Assembly: GCA_015228975.1 (NCBI GenBank)
Contig: JADGCN010000002.1
Coordinates: forward strand, 6,323-70,322
DNA: 64,000 bases
Reading direction: 5' to 3'
Source of the DNA: Magnetococcales bacterium
GTDB taxonomy: Bacteria; Pseudomonadota; Magnetococcia; Magnetococcales; UBA8363
The notes beneath the pieces are model-generated. The model ran no database searches and had not been told where the DNA came from. It saw only the letters and a list, made by a program, of their open reading frames with translations. Of the stretch, positions 1 to 10,100 are shown in pieces; within the stretch, counting starts at the first letter, position 1; every line of letters starts with the position of its first letter. The position numbers were made by a program, and so were the translations under genes.

Positions 1-2
1 CA

Positions 3-188
3 GCGGTGTGCCAGCATTTTCCCCTGGATGACCGGGATGTGCGTGATGTGGCGCGTCTGGGGGTTGGTTGTGGCTACGTATTTCCGTGCCACGCCGAAGA
101 ACACGTTCCCAACAAGGAATTGACCAACCTGACGCAGTGTCCGCAAACCAACCCGGCATTGGTTGAACTTGAGCCCCGGTGCCCTTGA
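3..188 (+). CDS. 3' end of an unidentified Cys-rich CDS truncated by the window start
   Basis: Frame 3 is open from the window edge to TGA at 186-188 (..AVCQHFPLDDRDV..GCGYVFPCHAEEH..QCPQTNPALVELEPRCP*). No family recognised. Confidence 0.3.
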   Translation, partial: AVCQHFPLDDRDVRDVARLGVGCGYVFPCHAEEHVPNKELTNLTQCPQTNPALVELEPRCP

Positions 189-219
189 TGACCGGTGCCC
201 CGGCATCGTCAATTGACGA

Positions 220-777
220 TCACTTCCCGTGCTGATGATGATGGTGGTGATGTAAAATGGCCCGATGAATCTCGTGGCGACCGATGTCGATGGTCGCACA
301 CAAAATCAGCAGGCGTTCCCGGTACAGGAAAGACAACAGGGCATGGAGAACTCTGCACCATGTCGTTCCCGATCGGGGGAGCGTTTGCCCGGGGTTCAGG
401 ACCAAAATAACGGCGGGCAGAAGCAAACCTATCCAGCCACGGGTTATTTCGATCCCGACAATGTCCTGCCATGGGACGGCATGCTCACTCAGACGAAAGT
501 CGGTGACCCCGCCATGGTTGATCCTGAGGATCATTTTGCATCCGGGGCGCAGGAGTCGTCGCACGGCGACAACAGCGCAGGCGATGCCGGGCAGGGTCAA
601 CAGCAGGGTCCATAATCCGCTGAAGCCAAAATAGGGCCCGGGAAAAAGCGTCCAAACGCCATAAACGATCGCAATACCCACAAGCAACAAAAAACCTATC
701 CGGTTGTCATCCGATTGGGCCGTTACATTGGGTGGGGGGGTGGGGGTTGTCATGGTTTCACCGTGGGCAAGGGCCAA
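220..777 (-). CDS. Small membrane protein (two N-terminal TM helices plus a PH-like soluble part) with a natural C-terminal His-rich tail
   Basis: 185-aa ORF. Hydrophobic stretches IGFLLLVGIAIVYGVWTLF and LWTLLLTLPGIACAVVAV. C-terminus reads ILHHHHHHQHGK*. Lies directly downstream of gpsA on the same strand. Confidence 0.6.
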   Translation of the reverse strand: MALAHGETMTTPTPPPNVTAQSDDNRIGFLLLVGIAIVYGVWTLFPGPYFGFSGLWTLLLTLPGIACAVVAVRRLLRPGCKMILRINHGGVTDFRLSEHAVPWQDIVGIEITRGWIGLLLPAVILVLNPGQTLPRSGTTWCRVLHALLSFLYRERLLILCATIDIGRHEIHRAILHHHHHHQHGK

Positions 778-789
778 ATGACCCCGATA

Positions 790-1800
790 TCAGGATTCTC
801 TTTTAAGATCACGTTCCATCAAGGCTGCTACCACCGACCGGGGTACTCGATGTTCATAGAGGATTTGGTAAACAGCGGTGGAAATGGGCATGTCGATCGC
901 ATGTTTGCCAGCCAGTTGGTAGACGGCTTCGGCAGTTCGCACCCCTTCAGCCACTTCACCGGATCCGATCCGTATGGCTTCCAAGGATTGGCCCTGGCCC
1001 AGATAAAAGCCAACCTTGCGATTGCGGGAATTTTCGGAAGTGGCGGTCAACAACAAATCTCCCAACCCTGACAGCCCCGCAAAAGTCCCCGGTTCGGCTC
1101 CCAGACATTCTCCCAGGCGAATCATTTCTGCCAATCCCCGGGTGATCAAGGCGGCACGGGCACTGTGACCAAAGCCAAGGCCATCGCTGATGCCCGCCGC
1201 CAGGGCAATGACATTTTTCAGGGCACCACCCAGTTCCAGGCCAACCACATCATGGGTACGATAGATGCGGAAAAAAGAGTTGGAACAAAAATGTTGCAAG
1301 GATTGTACAAGATCAGGACGATAACCCGCCAAGGCCACTGCTGTGGGCAATCCAGCCAAAACATCCCGCGCAAAGGAGGGGCCGGATAAAAAACAGATCC
1401 GGTCCAGGAAATCCTGGCCGAACACCTGCTGGTAGATGGTGGAAATCAGCGTCAAGGTGGCACCCTCAATCCCCTTGGAGGCGGAAATAGCAACACAATC
1501 GTCGCCAACGTGGGGTTTCAAGGATTGCAACACGGTGCGGGTGAATTGGGTGGGGACTACGACGACGATCAGCTGACTGTCCGCAACATCCCACATATGC
1601 GTTGTTGCCCGTATGTTGGCGGGCAAGGCATATTCGGAGACAAACAGGGGATTGCGGCGCTGTTGGTTAATCCCATGGGCGACCTGGGCTTCGTAACACC
1701 ATAACGTTATGTTTTTGGCTTTTTCGGCCAGCAAAGCCGCCAGTGCTGTTCCCCAAGAACCGGCACCGATCACCGAAACATGCTGAAAATCCATGATCAC
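790..1800 (-). CDS. gpsA: NAD(P)H-dependent glycerol-3-phosphate dehydrogenase
   Basis: 336 aa. N-terminal VIGAGSWGTALA Rossmann motif and conserved GGALKNVIALAAG and GLGDLLLTATS blocks typical of GpsA. Confidence 0.95.
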   Translation of the reverse strand: MIMDFQHVSVIGAGSWGTALAALLAEKAKNITLWCYEAQVAHGINQQRRNPLFVSEYALPANIRATTHMWDVADSQLIVVVVPTQFTRTVLQSLKPHVGDDCVAISASKGIEGATLTLISTIYQQVFGQDFLDRICFLSGPSFARDVLAGLPTAVALAGYRPDLVQSLQHFCSNSFFRIYRTHDVVGLELGGALKNVIALAAGISDGLGFGHSARAALITRGLAEMIRLGECLGAEPGTFAGLSGLGDLLLTATSENSRNRKVGFYLGQGQSLEAIRIGSGEVAEGVRTAEAVYQLAGKHAIDMPISTAVYQILYEHRVPRSVVAALMERDLKRES

Positions 1801-1862
1801 TACGTTCCTTAATAAAAATCAACCCCAATTGTTCATGATTTTGTTATTCCATACGACCTTCC

Positions 1863-2915
1863 TCAGGAACAAAGGTCGATGATCGGCCAACGTGCGCGGG
1901 CATCCAAGGTTTCCCAAGGGGGGAGTGTGGATGGTTCTTTCAAATGTACCCATCCCGCCAAGGCTATCATGGCGGCATTGTCGGTACACAGGGAGAGGGG
2001 CGGAAAATGCAGCATGATGTCCTCTTTCCCCAATTCGGCCAATCGTTCCCGCAACCTTTGGTTGGCTCCCACACCTCCGGCCACCAACAAACGTTGGCAG
2101 CCGACATGGCGGCAGGCGGCAATGGCCTTCAAAGCCAGGGTGTCCACGATGGCCTCCTGATAGGAAGCGGCCACATCGGCCAGTGTTTGCCCAGGGGTTT
2201 GACCACCCCGATGGGGCTGGATGTGAATTTTAAGGGCAGTTTTCAGGCCGGAAAAGGAAAAGTCAAATTTTTTTTTGTCGAGTAATATTCTGGGGAAGGC
2301 GATCCGATGGCGATCCCCCCCCCGGGCGGCTTGTTCAATGGCTGGTCCCCCTGGATATCCAAGGCCCAACAGCCTGGCTCCTTTATCGAAGGCTTCGCCA
2401 ACGGCATCATCACGGGTTTGCCCCAAAAAAACATAATTCTGTAACCCACGGACGTGGAGCAAAATTGTATGTCCCCCCGACACCAGGAGGGCGACAAACG
2501 GAAAATCCAGGGGGGTGGCGGCAGTTCCGGCCAGAAAGGGGCTCAGCAAGTGACCTTCCATGTGGTGTACCCCCACCAGGGGGACATGTGCCGCCAGGGC
2601 GATCCCTTTGGCGACTGCCAGTCCCACCAAAAGGCCACCAACCAGTCCAGGTCCTTGGGTGACTGCGACACCATCCAGATTTTTTGGTTCCAATGCGGCT
2701 TTCTGGAATGCTTCTGTCAGGACGGAGCCAATATGGCGAATGTGTGATCGGCTGGCCAACTCCGGGACCACGCCACCATATTGGGCATGTTCCGCCAATT
2801 GGCTGACAACCACATTGGCCAATACCTTGGCCGCACCAGGATCGTCACCATCAACCATCTCGATAACGGCTGCTGCCGTTTCGTCGCAACTGGATTCCAC
2901 TCCTAAAATAATCAT
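1863..2915 (-). CDS. tsaD: tRNA N6-adenosine threonylcarbamoyltransferase
   Basis: 350 aa. Begins MIILGVESSCDETAAAV, has the HHMEGH metal motif, Kae1/TsaD family over its full length. Confidence 0.95.
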   Translation of the reverse strand: MIILGVESSCDETAAAVIEMVDGDDPGAAKVLANVVVSQLAEHAQYGGVVPELASRSHIRHIGSVLTEAFQKAALEPKNLDGVAVTQGPGLVGGLLVGLAVAKGIALAAHVPLVGVHHMEGHLLSPFLAGTAATPLDFPFVALLVSGGHTILLHVRGLQNYVFLGQTRDDAVGEAFDKGARLLGLGYPGGPAIEQAARGGDRHRIAFPRILLDKKKFDFSFSGLKTALKIHIQPHRGGQTPGQTLADVAASYQEAIVDTLALKAIAACRHVGCQRLLVAGGVGANQRLRERLAELGKEDIMLHFPPLSLCTDNAAMIALAGWVHLKEPSTLPPWETLDARARWPIIDLCS

Positions 2916-3092
2916 CCCACGATCCTAAATAGATTTTCACAGCTTGTAAATTGTCGCCTGATCGTCTCATCGAAATTGGATTGACAGGATTGGTTACGGT
3001 GTACCTTTGCCTGTAGGGTATCGGGAAGGTATTCTTCTGAAAACATCCTTGTCCGCAGCACTGTGGAAAAACATGGTTGGAGAGAGTCGAAC

Positions 3093-4031
3093 ATGGCCCG
3101 GAATAAAATAACCATTGGCACCCGATCCAGTCCCCTGGCCATGTGGCAAGCCCATCTGGTGCAGTCCAAAATGCAATCCCTTCATCCCGGCCTGCATGTC
3201 GAACTGGTTCCCATGAAAACCCGAGGTGATCACATCCTTGATGTCCCGCTGGCCAAAGTGGGTGGTAAAGGATTGTTCGTCAAGGAATTGGAAGATGCCT
3301 TGCTGGATGGTCGTTGTGACTTGGCTGTTCATTCCATGAAGGATGTTCCGGCGGAATTTCCCCAAGGATTGATGTTGGGTCCCGTGTTATCCCGGGAAGA
3401 TCCGCGGGATGCGTTATTGTCCCTGTCATGGCCCGGTTTCAGTGCATTGCCCATCGGGGCCAGGGTGGGTTCGTCATCTCTCAGGCGTCAGAGCCAATTG
3501 TTGGCCTTGCGCCCCGATTTGCATGTCATTCCCCTGCGTGGCAACGTGAACACCCGTATCAATAAATTGATCGATGGCTATTTTGATGCCATCGTCCTGG
3601 CTGCCGCAGGTGTCAAACGGCTCGGGGTGACCCAGCACGTCGTCGAATATTTCGACTTTGTACGGATGCTTCCGGCCAACGGACAAGGGGCCATCGGTAT
3701 TGAACTGCGCTCGGACGACCCGGAAACATCCGCTTTGTTGCAACCTCTCGACGATCCCGCGACCCGGCAGTGCGTCCGTGCCGAACGGGCTTTTTTGGGT
3801 ACCCTGCAAGGGGGGTGTCAGACACCTATCGCCGGCTACGCGGTGCTGGACGGCGACCATCTGAAACTGGAGGGTCGGGTATTATCCCTGGATGGTCAAA
3901 CCTGTTTTGCCGGCAGCATCGCAGGTCTGCTGCACGAAGCGGAAAGTTTGGGGGAACAATTGGCCAAACGTCTCCTGGATGCCGGGGCTGCGCAACTGTT
4001 ACATGATTTACTGTTGCAGGCGCATGGGTGA
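3093..4031 (+). CDS. hemC: Porphobilinogen deaminase (hydroxymethylbilane synthase)
   Basis: MARNKITIGTRSSPLAMWQA N-terminus and the SLRRQSQL and GNVNTRINKL motifs. GGAGAGAG Shine-Dalgarno lies upstream of ATG 3093, so the ORF-track start at 3063 looks like an upstream extension. Confidence 0.95.
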   Translation: MARNKITIGTRSSPLAMWQAHLVQSKMQSLHPGLHVELVPMKTRGDHILDVPLAKVGGKGLFVKELEDALLDGRCDLAVHSMKDVPAEFPQGLMLGPVLSREDPRDALLSLSWPGFSALPIGARVGSSSLRRQSQLLALRPDLHVIPLRGNVNTRINKLIDGYFDAIVLAAAGVKRLGVTQHVVEYFDFVRMLPANGQGAIGIELRSDDPETSALLQPLDDPATRQCVRAERAFLGTLQGGCQTPIAGYAVLDGDHLKLEGRVLSLDGQTCFAGSIAGLLHEAESLGEQLAKRLLDAGAAQLLHDLLLQAHG

Positions 4032-4833
4032 CGATGGGCGGATCGGCATGGGAGATGTGAGCGATTTGTCGGGACTTGTTGGCAGGCGGGTGCTGATCAC
4101 CCGTCCCCTTCCAGAGGGTGAATCCACGGCCCGCCTGATACAACGACATGGCGGCGTGGTCCAACTGACTCCGGTGATGCGGGTTGCGCCTCCCGATGAT
4201 CCCCAGCCGTTTTTCACGGGGCTTGCCAACCTCGGGCTCTACCAGGGGATTGTCTTCACCAGTGCCCATGGCGCACGTGCCTTTCTCGAACATGTGCCAA
4301 CACCTTGCCAGATTGCGAAAATATACGCTGTGGGGGAAAAAACGGCTGTCCCACTGCTTCATGCCGGGTTGACCCCTACCGTACCCGATCATCCTGTGGG
4401 GAGTTTGGAGTTGGCCCAGGATATTCTCCAGGGGAGTGTTCCGGGTGATCGGTTTTTGTTTGTCCGTGCCCAGGAGGGACGGGACGACCTCATAACAACT
4501 CTTGTCAGGGAGGGGCGCCTGGTTGACAGGGTCGCGGCTTATAAAATGGCTCCGATCCCATTCTTCGATCAGCAAACACTCGATCTTTTGCTCGAAGGGC
4601 GCATCGATGCCATCCCTTTTTTCAGTGGTCGCTCGGCCCAGGTGTTTTTTAACCTGCTGCCGGCAGCCCAAAGACAATCCTCGTTGGAAAAAACCGTGTT
4701 GGCGGCTCTTTCCCCTGCGACTGCCCGGGCCATGCAATCCGTGGGAATGCGCGTCGACGTGATCAGCCCACGGCCTTACGTCGAAGCCATGCTGGTTTCC
4801 CTGGCGCAAACCTTGGCAGCTTTGGCCGGTTAA
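4024..4833 (+). CDS. hemD: Uroporphyrinogen-III synthase
   Basis: ATG 4024 overlaps the hemC stop (ATGGGTGA). RVLITRP..FTSAHGARAF resembles the HEM4 family, and hemC-hemD synteny supports it. The ORF-track start at 3892 lies inside hemC. Confidence 0.8.
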   Translation: MGDDGRIGMGDVSDLSGLVGRRVLITRPLPEGESTARLIQRHGGVVQLTPVMRVAPPDDPQPFFTGLANLGLYQGIVFTSAHGARAFLEHVPTPCQIAKIYAVGEKTAVPLLHAGLTPTVPDHPVGSLELAQDILQGSVPGDRFLFVRAQEGRDDLITTLVREGRLVDRVAAYKMAPIPFFDQQTLDLLLEGRIDAIPFFSGRSAQVFFNLLPAAQRQSSLEKTVLAALSPATARAMQSVGMRVDVISPRPYVEAMLVSLAQTLAALAG

Positions 4834-4869
4834 AATGCTTTTTTGTTGAATTTCTATTGACTCTTCCCC

Positions 4870-5289
4870 ATGAAACCACAAAAATCCCTATTGAGGCGGG
4901 GTCCGGTTGCAACTCCATCGGCGCTGCGGGCTGTTCCATCGAATTGTGTCGATTTGTCCTGTTATTTTTCGGAGCCTACTGTGGACGCAAAGGCCAAGCT
5001 TGTCATCAAAGTAGACAGGGATCTTGAGGATATTGCTCCAGGATATCTTGAGAACAGGCGGAAAGATGCGGAAATGATTTCCGTAGCCCTGGAGCGCAGC
5101 GATTTTGAGGCGCTCAAAATGATTGGTCACCGCATGAAGGGATCGGGGGCCGGGTATGGTTTTCAGCGCATTACGGACATTGGTACCCAACTTGAACAGG
5201 CCGCTACCCTCCAGAACCGGCAGACTGCCCGTGATAGCCTGGATCAACTGGTCGATTATCTCGACGCAATCGAAGTAGTTTACGTATGA
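4870..5289 (+). CDS. Stand-alone histidine phosphotransfer (Hpt) domain protein
   Basis: 139 aa. GHRMKGSGAGYGF matches the Hpt HxxKG phospho-histidine motif. Sits immediately upstream of a response regulator. The exact start is uncertain. Confidence 0.65.
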   Translation: MKPQKSLLRRGPVATPSALRAVPSNCVDLSCYFSEPTVDAKAKLVIKVDRDLEDIAPGYLENRRKDAEMISVALERSDFEALKMIGHRMKGSGAGYGFQRITDIGTQLEQAATLQNRQTARDSLDQLVDYLDAIEVVYV

Positions 5290-5331
5290 TGCGCGTTACT
5301 TGCTCGATGTTTCCATCGTCCATGAGGTGCC

Positions 5332-6066
5332 ATGACAATCAGTGATCACATTCTTGTCATCGACGACGACCCGGAAATCTGTCAGCTTGTTAACGATTTC
5401 TTCCAGAAAAATGGTTTTCAGGTTACGTCGATTCCCAGCAGCAAGGGCTTGCAGGACGCCCTTGATCGTCAGAAGGTTGATCTCATCGTTCTTGATCTGA
5501 TGCTTCCTGATGAGGACGGACTCGTCGTTTGCCGTAACCTGCGTTCCCGTTCCAATATTCCCGTTATTATCCTGAGTGCCCGCGGTGAGGAGATGGACCG
5601 TATTATCGGTCTGGAGATGGGGGCGGATGATTATCTCCCGAAACCATTCCATCCCCGGGAACTATTGGCGCGGGTGAAAAGTGTCCTCAGGCGTACCAGA
5701 GCCGCACCCGAAGAGGTTGATGAGGATGATTCCCACGCCTTCTACCGTTTTGCCGGATGGACCCTCGATGTGGCTACGCGGCAGCTCTATAGCTCACGCA
5801 ACGAAAAAATTTTTCTCAGTGGTGGTGAGTTCTCGTTGTTGCGTGTGTTCCTCAATCATCCAAACAGGGTCTTGACGCGAGATCAGCTATTGGCTTTTTC
5901 CCACGGTCGTGAGATTGAGCCTTACGACCGGACTATCGACATGCAAATCAGTCGGTTACGCCGTCGGCTCAACGATGATCCCAAAAGCCCTGAATTGATT
6001 AAGACCGTGCGTAGTCTCGGATACGTTTTCTCCGCCCGTGTCGAAAGAACCGATTCCAAATCCTGA
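5332..6066 (+). CDS. OmpR/PhoB-family DNA-binding response regulator
   Basis: 244 aa. REC domain (ILVIDDD..DLIVLDLMLPDEDG..KPF) plus a C-terminal winged-helix domain (LTRDQLL..DRTIDMQISRLRRRL..IKTVRSLGYVF). Confidence 0.92.
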   Translation: MTISDHILVIDDDPEICQLVNDFFQKNGFQVTSIPSSKGLQDALDRQKVDLIVLDLMLPDEDGLVVCRNLRSRSNIPVIILSARGEEMDRIIGLEMGADDYLPKPFHPRELLARVKSVLRRTRAAPEEVDEDDSHAFYRFAGWTLDVATRQLYSSRNEKIFLSGGEFSLLRVFLNHPNRVLTRDQLLAFSHGREIEPYDRTIDMQISRLRRRLNDDPKSPELIKTVRSLGYVFSARVERTDSKS

Positions 6067-6089
6067 TCCAGGCCAAGGAGCCAATTGCC

Positions 6090-6584
6090 ATGGTTATGTC
6101 CCGATTTGATCACAGCGAAGGGGAGACGGCGGCCTTTGTTACGGGCACTTTCCTGGACCTGAAAGAATTTGATAGCATGGCTGAGAACGAAAAGGAGTCG
6201 GCCCGCGTTTTCATCAAGGAAACCGTTCACTCGCAGCTTTCATGTGTTCGTCGCGGCATGTGGGAGCAACTGCAAGAATGGATTCCCGCACCTCTGCGTC
6301 GCATGGCGCAACGTCACATTCACCCCGTTGTCCCCGGGGTCTCCCACCAGGAATCTCCCTTGCCCGAAACGATTCGACATGAATTCGAGGTGCTTAACGA
6401 ACTGGCGTGGCTTTTAACCTGGAAACACAAACGTGTCTCGTCGGACGTTTCGGAGGAAGAACGCCACATGACGGAAAAATTGGATATCGAAAGGGTCCGC
6501 CGGATCAAAGAAACGATTTTCCCCTATCTGGAGGAGAAAATGGCACGTCTGGAAAAGGCGTCAACCCCCGGTGCGTCAACGTGA
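6090..6584 (+). CDS. Hypothetical protein
   Basis: 164-aa ORF with an AAGGAG Shine-Dalgarno 9 nt upstream of ATG 6090. No recognisable family. Confidence 0.5.
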   Translation: MVMSRFDHSEGETAAFVTGTFLDLKEFDSMAENEKESARVFIKETVHSQLSCVRRGMWEQLQEWIPAPLRRMAQRHIHPVVPGVSHQESPLPETIRHEFEVLNELAWLLTWKHKRVSSDVSEEERHMTEKLDIERVRRIKETIFPYLEEKMARLEKASTPGAST

Positions 6585-6586
6585 TT

Positions 6587-7024
6587 TCATAGGTCCAACC
6601 ACAGGGTGACGGGTCCGTCATTAACCAAATGTACCTGCATGTCGGCACCGAAACGTCCTTCGGCAACCGTGAGGTTCTTTTGTCGCAATCCTTCACAAAA
6701 GGCGTTTACGGACGCTTCGGCTATTGACGGGGCGGCGGCTGCAAAAAACGATGGTCGATTGCCTTTATGTAACTGCGCGGCTAATGTGAATTGCGGTACG
6801 ACCAGCACTGCTTTGCCTGTTTCCTGGACCGAACGGTTCATCTTCCCGTCTGCGTCCGGGAAAATCCGTAAATCTGCAACCTTGTTGACCATTCTTCTGA
6901 GTTGTTCCTGAGTATCGTCTTGCATGATGGCCAATAAGACCAGGAGACCCTGGCCAATGCGTCCGGTCTCCTCGCCATCAATGTTGACCCATGCCTGTGT
7001 AACGCGTTGCACCAAAGCTCGCAT
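6587..7024 (-). CDS. dtd: D-aminoacyl-tRNA deacylase
   Basis: 145 aa. MRALVQRV..GLLVLL..KVADLRIF..VVPQFTL..GNRPSF..NDGPVT is the typical Dtd pattern. Confidence 0.92.
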   Translation of the reverse strand: MRALVQRVTQAWVNIDGEETGRIGQGLLVLLAIMQDDTQEQLRRMVNKVADLRIFPDADGKMNRSVQETGKAVLVVPQFTLAAQLHKGNRPSFFAAAAPSIAEASVNAFCEGLRQKNLTVAEGRFGADMQVHLVNDGPVTLWLDL

Positions 7025-7156
7025 CCAAACCCCTCCTTTATACAGTCGATGGCGGTGTGATTGACGACTGACATGTTATTATTGGTTCAATAATTGCAAA
7101 GACGCCTCCGTTTGGTGTAATCGTCATTGACCCAGTCCAGTCCTGAGAATTTTCCC

Positions 7157-10100
7157 ATGAAAAGAATGCTTCTAACTTTCGGAATTCTGACTCTCTGTTT
7201 TTCGATTGTCATGGGCTCAGATGCCTTGACTTTAAGTAACTTATCCGGCCAATCACTTGCCAATATTAATGATCCAAAAACATTGAAAATGTTACAAGGG
7301 GCCAAGCCCGGTCTCGTCAATCCCCAGGACTATCGCCGGGACAATCGGCGCAGGGATAAACCGGATACCGTCAAAAATCCAGAGGAAATACCAGCAGAAC
7401 TTCTGGAAACTCCAGAAAAAAAACCAGCGCCATTTTATGTTGAGACCTATCCGGAAGATTTGCCCATTTTCGGTCAGGATCTTTTTGTTGACAAGTACAG
7501 AAATGCCCCTGTGAAAGACGTGACTGCCACGGTTCCAGGTGATTACGTCATTGGTCCAGGTGATACGTTTCGCCTGTTGTTTTCCGGCAAGGACTTTAAG
7601 GAAGTTGAGGTTGCCGTGGATGGTGAGGGGATGGTTTTTGTTCCCGATATGGGGATGTTCCCCGTGACTGGTTTGCGGTTTAACGAATTTAAAACCTTGT
7701 TGGTCAGTCAAACCAAACAAAAATTGATTGGTTATGAATTGACGCACGTTGCACTTTCTTCGCTACGTACCATGAAAATTTTCCTGCTTGGCAACGTAAA
7801 AAATCCGGGAACGCATCAAGTTCCCTCCCTGACCTCCCTGATGCAATTGTTGATTGAAACAGGGGGTATTCTTCCCGTTGGTTCTTTGCGTAATGTGCAG
7901 ATCAAACGCAACGGCGTGCCCGATAAAACAGTCGATCTTTATAATGTTTTATTGAGTGGTAAAGGAGATGGCGAGATTCGCCTTCAGGATGGTGATACGG
8001 TGTTTGTGCCAATGATCGGCAATACCATCGCCTTGACCGGAACTGTCAAAAAACCAGCTATTTATGAAATCGCCAAGGAAGAAACGATTGCTGATATTGC
8101 CCAGCTTGCTGGAGGATTTCTACCTAACGCCCAGTTTATCAAAATAGAGCGTATTGATGATAATAAGAATCGTACCATCGTCGATCTTAATTTAGCGAAA
8201 AAAGAGAGTTTGCGTACCGCTATCAGATCGGGTGATATCGTCCACGTTTTACCATCGTCCGACTCCAGAAAAGAGACGGTCACTTTGACGGGCTATATTG
8301 ATCGCGGCGGGGTGTTTCAGTGGTATAAAGGGATGAGGTTGTCCGATATCATTCCCAGTCCCGATATTTTGTTGCCCCAGACCGACCTGTCGCACTACTT
8401 GGTCGTTCGCACCAACATGAAGAATCGTCAACTGGAACCGCTCTCAGCCAATCTGGAGCGTGCCCTGAGTGATCGGGCTTCGGCAGACAATATTCTTCTC
8501 CAACCCAATGATCAGATTCAATTGTTCAGCATCAGCGCCGATCATTCTAAAAATTTGCAGTCTGTTGTGGAAAAATTACGTAATCAAGGGAGATTCAACA
8601 ATACCGACAAGCTCGTGTCCATTGAGGGCAATGTTCGTTTTCCAGGGGAATACCCTTACGTTCCCAATATGAGTTTGAAACAGTTGATTATGGCTTCTGG
8701 GGATATGCGTTCCAACACCGATCTGGACTATTGTCTGATCGTCCGCTCCGATTATATGGGGCGCATCCAACCCTTTTCAGTTCGTTTGCGCGAAGTATTT
8801 GGTATGGAAGGTGTTGCAAAGAATATAGCTCTTAAACCAAAGGACAAAATTTTGGTTTTTACGCTTGATGAAAAACAAAAAGTAAAAAATTCTGACAATA
8901 ATAGTGAAAAAGGTATGCCAGCGGATGAATCGGAAGAAAAGAACACAGTTTTTTCCGGAACATCAAAAGAGAACTCTCGCAAAATTCCAGGACAAAATGT
9001 GCAAGGGTTGGACATCGATCAATGGTCGATCGATGCCTTGAAAAAGGCCAAGGACAAAAAAGGGAATATCCAGGAACAAAACGAGGAACATGAGGAAGCG
9101 GATGGACAAAAACTTCCCAAGCAACCTGGTAGTGCAAAAGGCGTTGATATTGCCCTGGAAAATGAAGAGATGGAAAATGTACTGGTAGGGTTCCTCCTGA
9201 AGAATTCCACCTCCGATCCCGTCGAAAACCGCAGCAATGAGGCCTATCGCAACCAATTGGTCGATCCAGCATTGCATGAGAATCAAAGTCGACTTTTGCA
9301 ATTGCTGCTGAAAAAACGGGACCTGCGGCAAATGGTGCGAGAGGAGTTGCAACCCGTTAAAGAAAAAGCGGTCAAATCGCGCCAAGCCTTGTTAAAACCC
9401 GTTTTAGAAAAATTGCAAGATCAGGCCACCAAAGAATTTCCAGCGCAGATCATTCAAATTGGTGGTGCGATCCGCTATCCCGGCAAATATCCCCTGGAGC
9501 CTGGAATGCGTATCAGCAACCTTTTATTGGCGGGTGGTGGATTGGCAGAACCGGCTTATCATCTTGAAGCCGAAATCAACCATTTTGAGGTGGATGACAA
9601 TCAGTTCACCAGAATGCATCATGCCAGCGTCAACCTGTTTAAAATTACACAGGGTGACCCCACCATGGACCAGGCGTTGCAGCCCTATGATATTATTATT
9701 GTCAAACAAAATCCTAAATGGGGCGACATTAATTCGGTGATGCTGGAGGGCAATGTGCGCTTTCCCGGAATTTATCCGATTCAAGCTGGGGAAAGATTAA
9801 CCCAGGTGCTAAAAAGGGCCGGTGGCCTTACAGAATTGGCTTATCCCGAAGCCGCCGTGTTTACCAGAACAAAGCTTATCGAAAAAGAAAAGCGGGAGAA
9901 CGAAAGTCTGATCGCTCGCATGGAGACCCAATTGGTTCAGTCCCAGTATATGAAGCAGACTGAGAAAGAATCGGATACCCTCAATCCCAACTCGGCCATG
10001 ATCCACGAGCTTATTGCCAAACTTAAAACGGCAAAACCGATTGGTCGATTGGCGATTGATATGAACCAAGTCATGAGCAATCCCGGTGGGCAATACGATG

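Noticed and set aside
3826-4881. 351-aa minus-strand ORF antisense to hemD
   Set aside because: It overlaps hemC-hemD completely, has no recognisable domain and has Arg/Gly/Pro/His-rich low-information composition. The 33379-34359 ORF (antisense to the AGCS transporter) and the 35788-36639 ORF (antisense to the GT4 gene) are rejected for the same reason.
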